Source of the DNA: Camelus ferus
Taxonomy: Eukaryota
Direction of reading: 5' to 3'
DNA length: 64,000 bases
Assembly (NCBI RefSeq): GCF_009834535.1
Contig: NC_045707.1
Location: 48,176,001 to 48,240,000, forward strand
Shown here: piece after piece, positions 24,010 to 37,639 of the stretch
Layout: every line of letters begins with the position of its first letter
Numbering within the stretch: the first letter of the stretch is position 1
Position numbers and translations under genes: made by a program
The notes under the pieces: generated by a model
Database searches by the model: none
What the model was told of the DNA's origin: nothing
What the model saw: only the letters and a program-made list of their open reading frames with translations

Positions 24010-25620
24010 ACCAAATATGCAGGTGTGTTCATGGAGAGTTGGATGGAGAGCAAGGATTAGGGGGAGACCTGGTTTAAGGTCCATCAGTGTTGGCTGAAGA
24101 GTTGGACTTTTCTTTATTGTAAACGTGCTGTCAAAGATGGTTTTTAAGGGGGGAGTTTGATGATCAGAGCCATGTTCTAGAGTGATTCACTTTGCTTAGG
24201 TATGAGGAGGAAGGAATGTGATGAGGCTCAGGATGGATGACAAAGACCTGCTGGAGAGACTAGGAATTAAGATGGTGACATTTGAGAGGTTATCACAAGG
24301 AAAAGGTTATCACAAAGGAAAAATTCACAAGATTTAATAATGGAATTAATACATGGTAAAAGATTACAGAGTAAAAAATCTAGGGCCATGCACAGTGCCT
24401 GGCACACAGCAGATACTCTATAAATATTTGTTGAAAAAAATAAGTAAACAATTGAAGGAAGTTACAATCTGAGAAATTTAGAAAAGTTTGGGACTATGGG
24501 TAGAGTTAGGAAATGAGGAAAAGTTGGTTAGAAGAAATGAGTGGCTGAAATTTTAATTTTGGACGTGTTTTAATGAAGGCAATTGCTGTATGTAAAGATG
24601 AAAATGCAGAGTGGAACCATTGGTTTGCATATCTGGAAAAAGGCCATGATTGGAGATAGAGATTTTAGAATGATTAATGTGAAGCAAACAGCTGATGATG
24701 TGAATAGAAGAGATCATCTAGGGATGCTTGTAAAAAGAAGAAGACTGAGGGCACAAGCTTGGCAAGGTGCCATGGGACTGGGGCAGAGTATGAGGAAATA
24801 CAAGCAACAAAGGAGACTGGGCAGGAATTGTCAGGCAAGTAAGAGGAGGATGGTGTCAAGAAAGCTAAGGAGGACAAAGGGTTAGTGAGGGATTGGTGGT
24901 CAGCTCTCACACACTGGTAAGAAAAGATGGATAGGAAAAACAGGCAATTATCCACTATAAGAAACACAAATGGCCAATAAGTATATGAACAAGTGTTTAC
25001 CTCACTGTTAATTAAAAATATATAATGAGACACCATTTTTATTTCTCATATTGGCAAAGATTTAGAAAAAAATGTACAGCATTGGCTCAGTTGGGCTGGA
25101 TTGCACAACGTTGTAAGAATGAAAGGGTCAGTGCATACTAGGTTTCCTACAGAGTGGACGGGTGGACATTGGCTTTGCTTACTGCAACAAAATGTCCAAG
25201 TGCTACATTCCTCTTGATGTAGAAGTCATTCTTGACTCTTCCCTTTCTGCTCCCCTTCCCCACATTCTATTCCATTAACATGTCTTATAGATTCTACCCT
25301 TAAACATGTTCCGAGTCCACCTAAGGACGTTCTCCACTGTTAGCCCCTTGGTCCAAGCCACCATCATCTAGCTTCTGTCCAGGCAACTATTCTTGCTTCT
25401 GCTCTCAGATTCCTGCAATCCATTTATCCTCCACACGACCAGAGAGAATGATGTTTCACTAGTGTAAAGTATATGATACCAATTCTCCTGCTTAAAACTC
25501 TGCAATGTCTTTTAATGGGGCTTAGAAGAAACCCCAGACTTCAAGGTTTTACATCCTCTGGCTCCTGCCTACCTCTCCATTCCCATATGTTTTTCCTGCT
25601 GACTGCTGACCTGGTTCTAA
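24010..25620. mobile_element. Mosaic of L2 fragments with a short + L1 ORF2 piece (about 24930-25085)
   Basis: L2 tail gcacagtgcctggcacacagcagatactctataaatatttgttgaa; L1 caaatggccaataagtatatgaa; L2 ggtccaagccaccatcatct...tcctgcttaaaactc. Confidence 0.6.
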
Positions 25621-26409
25621 CTTAAAAGCTTGTATTTGTAACTATCATTTGGGGAATAGAGAAAGCTATAGTTTCTCTTGCTGCCTGCAGGTCAGTTTTC
25701 TCAGATTTACGTTAAGCCGCACCATTCTGACTGCTTGTCACCAGTTGGCCCAAAGAGTCTTTGGTTTTGAATTCAAAAGTTTTGTCCTTGATCAATTCCC
25801 TTGTGCTCATGCAGATGCCTCCTTGGGAGATTTCCTTACCCAAATGACTCTGCTTTCAGAGAAGCCACTATTTTGTCAATTTTGAAATTTAGGACAAGCC
25901 CTAATTCTAGGTCTCTGCCTTGTGTTCATGGAACACCTCAAGCTAAATTTATATTTTCATGACTTTGCTTCCTTTTCTGGACTCTGTCTCGTCTCCAAAT
26001 TGTTAGTGGTTTTTGCTGTTCTCATTGGAGCAGCCACATGATTATGGGAGCCTACAAATGGGGAAGAGAACTGGTTATTAAGATGGGGCATGTAGAGTTC
26101 GGAACAACTTATTAACTGCTGGGTGTGGTCCCCATGAACCCGGCAAGCTCAGACTCATAGTGCTTCTCCTTGAATTTACCCTGGGGAAGAGGCTTAGTTA
26201 GCAGTTCTTTCAGAGCCTGGGATTTGGTGCCAGGTGTTTTCCTTGTAAAACAGCTGAACAACTTTACTCAGGGCAATCAGAGTCTTGGGTTGCCTCCCAC
26301 AAGGAAAAACTGGTGACCCATTTCAGTTAGAACTGCTGGACACATTCCTTGAGATCTAACATGGTTTTGGGGGAACAAGGAAAGTACCTGTCAGTTGAGT
26401 TTGGGAGAA

Positions 26410-27035
26410 TTATTTTTTATTGTGTTAAAATACACATAACGTGAAATTTACCATTTTAATCATTTTAAAGTGTACAATTCAGGGCGTTAAGTGCAGCCAT
26501 GGTGTGTGCAGCTATCACCACTATCTAGTTCCAGAACATTCTCGTCTCCCTAAAGGAAACTCCACGTTCATTAGGAATCACTCCCCGTCTCCCCATGGAA
26601 ACCACAAATCTGCTTTCCATCTCTATAGATTTGCCTATTCTGGATATTTTAAATATGTGGAATCATACAATGTGTGGCCTTTTATGTCTGGCTTCTTTCA
26701 CTTAGCATGTTTTCAAACTTCATCTGTGTTGTAGCATGTATCAAAACTTCATTCTTTTTGTGGCCAAATAATATTCCACTGTGTGGGTAGACCACATTTT
26801 ATTTACACATCCTTCTGTTGATGGATATTTGGGTTGTTTCCAGCTTTAGGCTTTTGTGAGTGGTGCTGCTGTGATATTTGTACTAAGGTTTTGTTTGAAT
26901 CTGTGTTTTTAATTCTTTGGGGTGTACTTAGGAGTGGCACTGCCAGATCATATGGTAATCCTATGTTTAACTTATTGAGGACGCACCACGGTGGCTGAAC
27001 AATTTTTCAATCCCACCAGTAATGTATGAAGATGC
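26410..27035 (-). mobile_element. L1MB-like 3' end
   Basis: ttttttattgtgttaaaatacacataacgtgaaatttaccattttaatcattttaaagtgtacaattcag terminus. Confidence 0.9.
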
Positions 27036-27489
27036 ATTTTGGAGAATTTTAAGAATGTTTTGTAAAGGTGTCTGTGCCTATAAGTGAATCATTAAATGAC
27101 ACTTGGATGGTTGTGAAGAAAACTGATTTATATTTTTTGAATGAGGTGAATTTATTCCTCCTTCTTGATGAAATTCTCTCTCCTGCAGGGATGAGAGTGG
27201 ATCATGATGGCTAATTTTGAGTTGGGTTCTAGGAAGTTCTGAAAGCTGCTTGTCAGGGCACCTGCATGTAAGAAGATTACATGTGTAGTGTTTTGAAATA
27301 CTAACAGTTTAGTTGTGCAGAAATGTAACTTTACCTTTTCTATTACTGAGCTCTGGTACCCCCATTTCTGATGACATTAAAAACTTCCTGATCTTTCCAC
27401 TGAAAAGTCATGTGTTCTGTTTTGTTTTAAATAATAATGAGTAATTAAAACTTGTTAATTCAACTCAGGATTTAAACTCATTAATTCAA

Positions 27490-29300
27490 AGGTCAACCCA
27501 CCTACTACAGTTGTTCTGGGCCTGGCTCTCCCCACTGCTTCCCTCCATCCCAGGAAGATACAAACATCATGACATTGGGGAGGTGTGGTTGGTCCACACA
27601 TCCTTTTCAGGTCCTCACTACCTCTGCTTGGTCTTTTGACATAAGCCTTGTTGCTATATCTGTCTGAACTGCACTGGCCAAGACTTTGGGAATGTACCAG
27701 AATTTTCTACTGACATCTACAGCCTTGCCCATGCCCTATAGTGACAAGATGTGGGCCCACTGAACCTTTTTTCTCAGACCCTAGGCTTCCTCCAATCCCC
27801 TGGACCTCTCAGCATTCATATCGCTCTCTCAGACCTGCAGCCATGGGTGATGGGCTATAAATCCAGTGGATCCCATAGTATTTGCCCATCCTGCCATAGT
27901 ATTTGTCATAAGGTGGGCCCATTGATCTGATGCAGTGTTGTGTGGGAATCCCATTTGGGTGGGTTGAACTCTAAGCCCTCAAGTAATGGTACTGGTGGAG
28001 ACCCTGTGGATAAGAAGTCACTCTCACATCTGGAATATCTGTTGTTGAGTCAAAATGAATCTTTGTTACTCTAGGACAGAAAGGATCCAATGGAGGTAAC
28101 TTCTACGACTAAGTGGATTGTTGGTGTCCTTGAGAGATGTTCCTGTATAAAGCTATTAGCATTAGTCAGTGCGGCTGGCAGGTAGTGAATAGAAACCCAT
28201 GATTGTGGGCCCATGTATAGCCTCTTTCCCAGCCACCATGGTTCTGTATTTACAAACCCATCATGCCAACCCTGGGAAAGCAAGTGACAGAGGCTGCCTG
28301 ATGTCAGCTGGCCAAGTCATTCTCTCTACTTGGTTGTTTGGTGCCTCCTCCTTGGATGATACTCTATGATGGTTAGTAACATCTAATGCAAATGCAAAGA
28401 TCTTCTCTCTTCAAGCCCCAAAGTCTCTCCATGGTATATATTCCAGACCTTCTTGTCTCTGATCTTCTAATATTTCTTTTTCCAGGTCTCTAAGATCAGG
28501 TACATTAGCTGATAGCTTAGCTATTTGTTGAGTCCATGAACCTTTAATATTAGGTACATTAAATTAATATTAGGTACATTCCCTAAATATCTGCCCACCA
28601 GAGAAATTCTGACTTCACCAGACCTTGCCTTCTGGACCATCATTGATTAGGGATGCAGTGTGGCTCAAATCCATTTTCAGCTATTTATCACATACTGACC
28701 CATATTCAAGGTCAAGAGATAGACCATCCATGAACCAAGTCTGCCATTGGAAGAGGTACTGTACTAATGGGATCATAATGGGTGACATGAGTCTACCTCC
28801 TTATGTCTCACATTTGTACCTCTGGCCATGTCCTGGCTTTGATGCCAATATTTCACTTCCAGCTATGATTCATTTCTTCTGGGCCTGCCCGATTTGGTGT
28901 GTGGAGAACTCAGCTCCTATTAGAAACTTCAAGACTCACAGTCAATTTCTGCTTCATGGCCATGCACTCAGTCTTTATCAGAGCCAAGTAGCACACTTAA
29001 GCAGGTTTTGGAAAGGTGTATGCTGCAGATGGCATTGCCTTGTTTCAGAATTCTAAAGATGATTCTCTTATTTTGGCTTGCCTTAAACTCTACTCTGCAC
29101 CTTTCCTTAACTTTGATACATCTACTAACTTAGGGTCTGCTGAGTCAGTGGTCCAGATAGCAAGACCATTTGCATCACAACCATTGCCTATGCTGGGCCT
29201 CACTCAGAACTGGAAGCCTTTCATGTCACCTGGTTTCTGGGTCAGAGGGATATTCAGATACAGGCAGTCTTCAAAAATAAGAAATGAACTTGGTTGAAGT
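27490..29300 (-). mobile_element. ERVL-class internal pol remnant (RNase H and integrase), heavily decayed
   Basis: Minus strand in broken frames gives WFMDG (RNase H 'WFTDGS') near 28730, NNQVERMT near 28330, and GIPHNTASDQ (integrase 'GIPHSIASDQG') near 27940, in pol order. Confidence 0.8.
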
Positions 29301-29519
29301 CGGTCTGTTTAGTTGAGAGCAATTTCCAGTAAGATTGATAGCCACAGGCTGTCAGTTGGTAGCACTCTCAGCATCTGAGAGTAAAACCCCTTCTATCACA
29401 AAAAGGGATCCTGGCAGCACAGAACAGAGTCCACTGTGGCTCAAGGCAGTGAGGCTGACGGCTGACTTATCTACAGCCACAATGGAAGCCTGGGCCAGTG
29501 AATAATATAGACATTGCTA

Positions 29520-29800
29520 AGAAAGAAGTCCTCAAGTTACTATTCTAGGGCCATTCGTTATACTTCATGAGTGAATGTGAAATAAAAACATTTTCAGGCT
29601 AAGACAGAAAAAAAGAGAATTAGCCTCTAACAACCTCTCACTAAGTCTATTAATTCTGAGGGATGTATTTCAGGCAAAAGGAAAATGCTCTGAGATGAAT
29701 ACAAAAAGAAATGAAGAACAAAGAATATGGTTAATATGTGGGTAAATCTAAGTGAACATTGGCTACATAAAATAGCAATAATAATGTCTTGTGGGGTTTA
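29520..29800 (+). mobile_element. L1 ORF1-end fragment
   Basis: gaaataaaaacattttcagg...atatgtgggtaaatctaagtgaacattg. Confidence 0.6.
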
Positions 29801-30472
29801 TTTAAAAATCCCTGAAAATATTGTTAGTATCTGAACTATACAAAACACTTAAAAATATAATTTGACACCAAAAGGGAAGAGTAACAGGAACATAAATTTG
29901 GGCAAAAACCATACTTCAGACACATACAGTACTTCTTTTAAAAAAATTTACAAGAACACACAAACAAAAACTACCAAATGGCATGAAAGTAAACAGCTTT
30001 AAATATGAACCTGCATAGAATTTCATATCCCAACATGTGGTTTTTGTGGTAGTTACTTAATCACAGATGCTAAAAAAATAAATAAATAAGACACTATGGT
30101 TAAATAGCATTTTTTTCTGTTTTTCTCTTTTCTTTTTTCCCTAAAGAGATAATTTTCAACCACTCTTCTAGTATATATTGATTGAAAACCATTTGGAAAT
30201 GACTCCATCTGTCAATGAAATGCAAACACCTCTGGAGTGAAACCAAGCAGCTGTTTAAATGCTCAGAGGTTCACTAGACAAAGAAATCCTCTTCCTTAAC
30301 ACTGGCTCTGTTTATACTACTCCAAAACAACGACTCATTTAGGGAAAAATCCACTATTTCCAGGTGTGTAAACACAACCATTATTTATAAGGAGATTTAT
30401 AAGAAGACCCAAGACTAACTGCTTCCCAGTTGAGGAATTGCTAAGCACTAGAGTTTGTAGAGTTAGACCCCT

Positions 30473-30474
<2 letters not shown>

Positions 30475-30503
<29 letters not shown>
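30475..30503. repeat. (GT)n microsatellite
   Basis: Directly visible. Confidence 0.95.
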
Positions 30504-30744
30504 GTGAATTCAGAATTATTTGTATTTGTGGACCACACTTAAAATTCACAATACCTCTGGCACACTTTATTGCTGAAAATCAACAAACAAGCTTGGAATA
30601 AATAGAAGCCTTGCAAGCAATAGTATAATTTATAAGTCTAAACAGCCTATTTTTACCATATGGAAATTTGTAAATATTTTCCATTTAAACAAAGACATAC
30701 CTTTGTCATATTTTATTAATTATTTCCTTACTAACTAGGGAGGA

Positions 30745-31010
30745 AATTGAGTAGCATGTAGGTTCTGGACTCTAATGGTCTGGGTTTGAATACCAGCTCC
30801 GTCAATGGCTGTCTAGGTAGCTCTGGACAAGGTATTTCTCCTCCCTAAGCCTCAGTTTTCACATCTGTCAGATGGCATAAATAATATACCTCACAGAATC
30901 ACTGTGAGAACTTAAAGAATTTAAACTTTTTAAGGTGAATTTGTAAGAATTTTTAAAATGTAAATTATTTGATGCAATGTTTGTCACACAGCACTTAATA
31001 CAAGCTATCT
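30745..31010 (+). mobile_element. MIR SINE
   Basis: tctgggtttgaataccagctc...taagcctcagttttcacatctgtc...atacctcacagaatcactgtgag. Confidence 0.8.
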
Positions 31011-31284
31011 ATCATTTTGTTTATTTATTTTTATCTATTTTAAATCATGAGGCCTTTTGCTGGGTTTAATATTAACAATCTCCAATTAATTAATATAGCT
31101 TTTGGCAATAAATGATTTTTCACATAGATTTTCTTGAGGTTAAAACTGCTGCCAGTCACTAAGTTTCCTTCAAATAATAAATGGGTAATTCAGGAGTCAA
31201 TTACTTTAATTATATGTGACTATACTTTACAGTTAACATGTACCCGCAGGAAGCATGGGAGGCTGAGCTGTTTAAAACCAGACA

Positions 31285-31590
31285 CTTCACAAAAGGTACA
31301 AACTTCTAGTTATAAGCTAAATAAGTACTAGGGGTGTAAGGGACAACATGACAAATATAATGTACACTGCTGTGTGTTATATACCAAAGTTGTTATAGAG
31401 TAAATCCTAAGAGTTCTCATCACAAGAAAAAATTTTTTTCCTATTTCTTTTTGTATCGGCATGAGATGATGGGTGATCACTCAACTTATCATGGTACTTG
31501 TTTCAGGATGTATGAAGGTCAAATCGTTATGCTGTACCCCTGAAACCTAACCAGTATGTATGTCAATTATATTTCAATAAAACTGGAAGA
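31285..31590 (+). mobile_element. L1MA-like 3' end with a degenerate GATA tail
   Basis: aaggtacaaacttctagttataag...gagttctcatcacaag...tgtcaattatatttcaataaa. Confidence 0.85.
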
Positions 31591-31646
31591 TAAATAGATG
31601 GATAGATAGATACATAGATAAAACTGGCCAATTCACAGTAGCTATC

Positions 31647-32105
31647 TGTTAGGATCCTGGCGGGAAATAGGTGACACATTCAAACTATGGAGAAGAGTTT
31701 AATAAAGGATTATTTACAATGTTGTGGGCGGGTTTGGGGGAAAAGGTGATAATGAAGCACCCTGAAGTTAATAAATGTGGGAGAGTAGTTACCACTTCTA
31801 GCCTGAATGGGCAGGGGGACAGTGTGGCTTCAGGAAAGCTGTGCAGAGAGGACCTCCTGACAGGGGCTGTCACCTCTCGTACTGAGTCATAGCTAATGAT
31901 AGGATGGGAGGGAGTTGGAGATAAATGCCCCAACTTCATTCTATTCCTGCCTTTCCACCCCCTCCCAATACTTCCAACTGGCTAGACTTTATCTGAGAAG
32001 CCTGAGGTCAAGAGAGCCTGCCTATGAAGTCCATACAAGTCAATCTTCTAGAGCGTAGGACACTGAAGAGTAGATTTAGAATAACAAACAGAAAGCAGCC
32101 AGTAT
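31647..32105. mobile_element. Old ERVL-type solo LTR (LTR33/LTR41-like)
   Basis: tgttaggatcctggcgggaaata...gagtttaataaaggattatttaca; family recognised by eye only. Confidence 0.55.
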
Positions 32106-32524
32106 CATAGTTACCAAAGCTTTCCCAGAGCTGATGAGGAAGCTGTTAAAATTGACTTCGAATATGTTGCAAGCCCAGGCTGTCTCTGCTCAATTAGATG
32201 GTGCAGAACTGTGGAGCCACTGGGCATGCAGTCAAAGTGGTTCCCTGAGAAAAACCCTGGCTTGCCTGCAAGTCATTTTTGTGTTGAGACAGGGTAGGCT
32301 TTTACCCAGCAAAAGTACTATCAGGCTTTGTGAACTTCAAACCATTAAGTCCCCAAATAAGAAAAAGCAATCTGATCCAAAGCTAGAGATTTCTTGTCTA
32401 AGTAGGAATAGCCAGACTGTAAATCCACATTGAATAAACTAGCAAGTGCTCCAGTGACCACAATTCGTGGTCATACGGTTTACTTGATTACTAAGATGGG
32501 TTCTAGGGTAGACACTGTGTTATG

Positions 32525-32675
32525 TGTCCTCCAGCCCCATAGAACCTTGTGATGCCCTGCGGCCCAGCCAATTGAGCACAACCCTGAGCCAGAGACAGCC
32601 CGCTAATATGCTCCTGGTTTTCTGACCCTCAGAAACTGTATGAGGTAATAAGAGTTGTTGTTACTCAGCCATGAA
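32525..32675 (+). mobile_element. MLT1 (MaLR) LTR fragment
   Basis: ccctgagccagagacagcccgctaa...tctgaccctcagaaactgtatgaggtaataa. Confidence 0.7.
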
Positions 32676-32894
32676 CGACTCTGACAATAACTTTACAAAA
32701 CACTTTGTAAAAGGCCAAAGGCATTCATTGAAAAGTGATCTAGGAGTGGTCTTAAACAGAGTGAGCACGAAACCTAGGAGAAAGGAAGCGGAGCTGGCTG
32801 GGAACAGGAGACATGGCTGTAATGGACAACTAGAGTAAGATACAGCTGACTACATGTTCAAGTAACTCACAGCCACTAAGAGAGAGACGTAGAG

Positions 32895-33100
32895 ACAGTC
32901 ATTTTCTGAGCATTTACCCTGTATATTGTTTATCCTTTGTAAAATTCTGCAGTTCTGTGCTACACATTGTTATCTTTGTTTCACAGAGGACGACACTCAG
33001 GATCAAATGTAGAAACACATGCTCAGAGTCACACAGAAAGGAGATAATAGAGCCTGGATTAGAACCCAAGCCTGTCAGACTCCAAAGTTCACCTCTCGGT
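32895..33100 (-). mobile_element. MIR SINE
   Basis: ttcacagaggacgacactcagg...agagcctggattagaacccaagcctgtcagactccaaag. Confidence 0.7.
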
Positions 33101-34079
33101 GCTTCTGGGTGCTGGAGTAAAGAAAGGGAATACTGCACAAGGGAGGTCTTATTGGGAGATGAAGTAAGATAACAAAACCATCAGGGGAAAATTCTTAAGT
33201 CTTTTGGAAGGAGGTTAGGGGGAAATTGCCTGTGGTTAAAACAACACAAACTCCAGCAAAAACATATGGCTGATTAAAAGGAGGAAGCTCCCTAGAGAAC
33301 AGAAAATATTTTGGGTGATGATAGAGCTTAGAGTGAAAGAAGCCCCATCTGTAGTCATCTCTTCAAAGCCAGATCTAAATATGCAGAATATGGGTGGCGT
33401 CACACTGCTGCTGTTGCACATTGATTCTCCCCACCGGCCCCTACCGGCCCCTACGGGTTATACCAGCGGGAAACACAGCACCTGTACACGGCGCGCAAAC
33501 ACATGAGCGCAGCAGAGACCATGCTCCCTGGCCGCGAGCAGATGGGGAGGAGAGCGGGTCTTGGGAAGGAAAATGAGAGAAGGAAAAGAAGCATTTGGCC
33601 AAGAATGTGCCAAGTGATGCCACCATTTTCTATTTCTGAGTGGTGACATTGTCCTGCTGACATAAATGCCACACTGAGTACAATTTTAGGAGGACATACT
33701 CTTGTTCTGCTGGGGGTGGTAAAAGGGGGTCTTGTAGGAAATAGATTTGGGGGAAACTTCCAAGCCACCTGATACCATGGGTAATGGTACAGGAAAGTGT
33801 CAGAGCTACCCCTGCTAGAATAGTGCTGGGGTATGACATAGTAAGGGTTATGATGCCACGTTTCAACCCAAAGACAAATCTGTTTTAGACCCCACTGAAT
33901 AGAGTGGCTTCTCAGCCTCTCTGCCACTTCAGACGGACAGAAAGCAGAGGGAGAAAATACAGAACAGTCATCTTAGGGAGACACAGTGCACACACCAGCA
34001 AAGCACAGCCATACCTGCTGTGGTTTATAGGCTCAGGTGCTCAGAGATTTTGCTTTACTTGTTTGGCTTTGGTGATACT

Positions 34080-34600
34080 GTCTTCGCCTGGGTTCCCATG
34101 AGGAAGCAGAGGCTGAGGCTCATCTTTTATGAAAGTAGTGTACTTGAGGATGTCATCTGTGGGGTCGTGAGTCAAGACTGGGAAGAGTGAACTGGGGAAG
34201 GAGGGATTGCCAAAATAAGGATGTATCTTTGAGCTGGTCATAGCTGTGGGCAACTGGGGCTTGGTCCCACTGTGACCTCCAAGGGTCATGTAGAATGCAC
34301 CTCTGAGCTGTCAGGAGGCTAGATGAATTGTCAGAAGAGGAGGCATTTACTCATTGTCTCCAACTCTGCATTGACCCAAGGATTACCCCGTAGGCTGCCA
34401 ATCTTCCAGGTTTATGCATTCATTGGTACCAGTCGGGTCTCCACAGGCATCTGATGTCAGGTGTCAGAGAAGTCCAAGCACAGAAAGCAGGAGAACTGGG
34501 TGCAGCTGAGGCCAGGCACTGACAGGTTTTACCTGCCCGAAGGTGAATGTGACCGCTGTGTGGATAGTGTAAAAGATCTGAGGTGTAGCTCAAGAAATGC
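34080..34600. mobile_element. LTR16-like ERVL LTR
   Basis: ctgggttcccatgaggaagcagaggctgag...gctgtgggcaactggggcttggtcccactg. Confidence 0.6.
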
Positions 34601-35324
34601 TAAATACAAATATCTTAAAAATTTGCTTAAGCAAAGATAAAAAAATGTGAAAACAATGCAGAGGCTCTAATTCAAGAAAACACCATCCTGCTTGTGTAGG
34701 ACAGAGATGCAGGGCACACAAAATACCAAACAGACTATGAAAGAAGGCATTTTTAATTGAACTGTTCCTTTGACTATTGCCATAGCTTTACTGATTCTCC
34801 TGCAGGAGCGAAAGTGGAAATGACGCTGAATTCCCTACTACTTAGTACTTGTCATTTGCTTCATGTAAGTGTATTGAATACACTGTTTAATTGTTCTTGA
34901 TATAGCTCTCATCCTGTTGAGTGGCTTCAGTAGTTTTTATCAAATTTTGTTGAGCTTCTCTTAAAGTCCTATGTCTCCTCCCAACAGCACAACACATACA
35001 CAAACATGCATAGCTTTTTTTTAGATGATTGGAAGGTTGAATGCAGGTAGACCATGAGAGCCAAGATTACAGTGCCTTGAGAGAACAAACTCAGATAAAC
35101 ATCATCCTTTTACAGACTGGGTTTTCAGTCTGTGTGTGCTCAGGTTATAACAACCACTGTGACAGGTTCCTGTGCTGTTCCTGTGATTACACTGAATCGT
35201 AACAGCTGACCTCCTCAACTCAGAACAAATTCCATTTAGAAGGAAGCATAGGAGAAATCCTGCCTTTTTTTTTTTTAATATAGAAATTCTTAAAAGGCAA
35301 ATCTTTCATTGTGCATCTTCTATT

Positions 35325-35525
35325 TACCAGTTGCTTTATATATATACGCATTACTCAAATTTCCCATAAGAACACAAAAGAGAGATATTATCTCCATCCT
35401 TACAGATGAGGCAACAGAGGCCAAATGAGCTGAGTTGCTGAAGTTCTCATGATCAGAGAGAGGCAGAGCCAGGATTTAAATCCAGGCATGTCTGGCTCTG
35501 AAGTTCTGTTCTTTCCCCTACACCT
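35325..35525 (-). mobile_element. MIR SINE
   Basis: ttatctccatccttacagatgaggcaacagaggc...ggcagagccaggatttaaatccagg. Confidence 0.8.
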
Positions 35526-36029
35526 GGCCTTGCCACGTGCATTTTGCTAGTCTTCTTGGAAGTCAAGCATGCCCAATTCACTGCACCTCACCTTCTTATG
35601 TAATAACCTGGACGGTAGGGAGAGCCATCTGCTTCAAGAGCAACATATTTGAGTCCATAAGGCAAATAAGTTGGCAGAAAACAGAAGGATTGTGACATTG
35701 CCATTTGGCATTCCTGACTTACTCTGCATTTAAAAAACAGAAATATGTAGTCCAACATGTTGATTTCACAAGCCTATCATTATCATTCATTCCGAAATAA
35801 ACCTAGTCAGGGACATCATGTACAAAATAAAGAATCCTTGTTTTGGGGGATGATGTCAGGCGGGAGGAGTTTTTTTTTTTTTTAAAAACCTCCTACCTCC
35901 TAAAGCACTAGCTTACAAATGACTTCATAAACTGTATTTCAATATTGAGGTCAATGGAGGAGGAGAACAAGTAAGGGAGAAAACTTGGGATTAAATTTGA
36001 CAAAACATGATCATAAGATTATTTAAAAG

Positions 36030-36200
36030 ATAGTGCTTCCAAAACAAGGCTGGTCATCCAAATTCACCTGAGGAGCTTTTAATATATATGTAGAAACCTG
36101 AGCCCAACTACAGGCAGAGCTCCCAGGAATAAGGCCCAAGCATCTGTCTATTAACAATCTGTGGTTATTCTGACGATCAGTTTCAGTTTAGAGCTACTGC
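36030..36200. mobile_element. MER5-like hAT-Charlie element
   Basis: tagtgcttcc...aattcacctgaggagcttt...ggcccaagcatctg...ggttattctga...tttagagctactg. Confidence 0.6.
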
Positions 36201-36906
36201 TTAAGAATTTGTAAGCTAATATATGGGGACCCTATTTGTATATTTTAATTTGTATGTATAATCTTGAAAAACTGAGCTCATAATTTTTCTTTAGTATGAT
36301 TTCTAAGTGCTCAAAATAGTCTTGATAGTCAGTAGACTTTCTTGTCAACAGCCATTTAGAAATCCCTTCACTAATAGTAAGTCAACTAGTAGAGAAAAAG
36401 CAAAACAGATGTCAATCAGTTTATCTCAATATGATTATATTTTAGAGGGAAACAAAAGATGATCCTAAAGAAGTAGTAAGTGGCCAAAGAATGAGCCAGA
36501 TAGTTGTAATAAAAGAAAAAAAAATTAAAGACAAATATAAGAGGACTTCCAGTTGGTTCTCAGGTGCTTTCCCAGAGGCCCCAAAGAATCCAAAAAACCT
36601 CCAGGAAGCTCCTGCTGATTATCTCAGCTGCCTGGAGCACTGAAACAGGAGCTCACCTAGAAGCTCCTGTGAATTTTATATCAGGTATATGCCCATGCTT
36701 CTAGTAATAGTCTCTCTTTTCCTTAGAGAAGGAAACCATAATTCACACAGAAATACAGAACATATGGAGATTATTCTGGGAGGTATAGTCCCCAGATTCT
36801 CCTCTGTTATATAGGTACGGCAAGGAAGCAGCAGCAACAGAGAATCTAGCATAATCTTTAAATGTTTAGAATAAGGAAAGGTCTGAAAATAAATAAGCTG
36901 AACATT

Positions 36907-37620
36907 TGTATTGGTTGGGGTTCATTCAGGGAAACAAATCACTCTAGGTATTTCAACAGAAAGAATTTAATATAGGGAATTTGTTAATCAACTGCTAGAG
37001 GACTGAAAAAGGAAAAAAAAAAAAAAGAGAACATTGGAAGGAATCATTACAAAGAGCTGCTACCACCCTTAGGGGTGGAGAGATCAAAAGATGAGGTTGA
37101 GATTATTAGACTCTAGAAGCTTCCTGGAAAGAGCTTATAACATGAGGATTCAATTCCAAGGGAGGGTGCCATCCTGTTGGTATCTCAGGGGCTTGGAGAA
37201 AGGATTCACAGAATGGGGCACTAATCGCTGAGTAGAAGAGGCTGCCCGTCTGGCACTGGTACTTCAGAAGATTGAGAGAAGTCGTGTTGTGACTCAGGCG
37301 CATCAGGAGTAGGCACTGTCTAGCTGGCGCTGTGAAGGGGCATAATGAGGCTGGTGTGGGAGCGCCCCAGTCTGCTGCAAGCTGTAAGCTTTCATTTTTA
37401 TCCTTTCAGGATAGTAGGCAAGTAGGGTGCCCTGATAGGATAAATCAACAAGCATGAATAAACAAGTCCATCTCCTCTTCTCCTCCATTCAGTCTCCCAG
37501 CTAGTTCCTCCTATTAAGGGAAACTAACAGTAGACTCTCTAACAAAGAGAATTGTCTGTTGTTTGCAGAACTGTCATCACAAAGCAGAGGATAGAATTTG
37601 GAACCTAATACCTGCACATT
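36907..37620. mobile_element. Old ERV LTR, family unresolved
   Basis: tgtattggttggggttcattcagggaaacaaatcactctaggtatttcaacaga...aatttaatatagggaatt is a typical ancient LTR end. Confidence 0.55.
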
Positions 37621-37639
37621 ATTCAGTGGGAAAAATTTG

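Noticed and set aside
24287..28580. Short local duplications (aggttatcacaa at about 24287; ccatagtatttg at about 27873; ttaatattaggtacatt at about 28544)
   Set aside because: Two-copy slippage duplications inside decayed repeats; not arrays and not CRISPR-like.
33315..33927. Cluster of overlapping ORFs including a 158-aa one
   Set aside because: Explained by local GC richness; no recognisable protein or exon structure.
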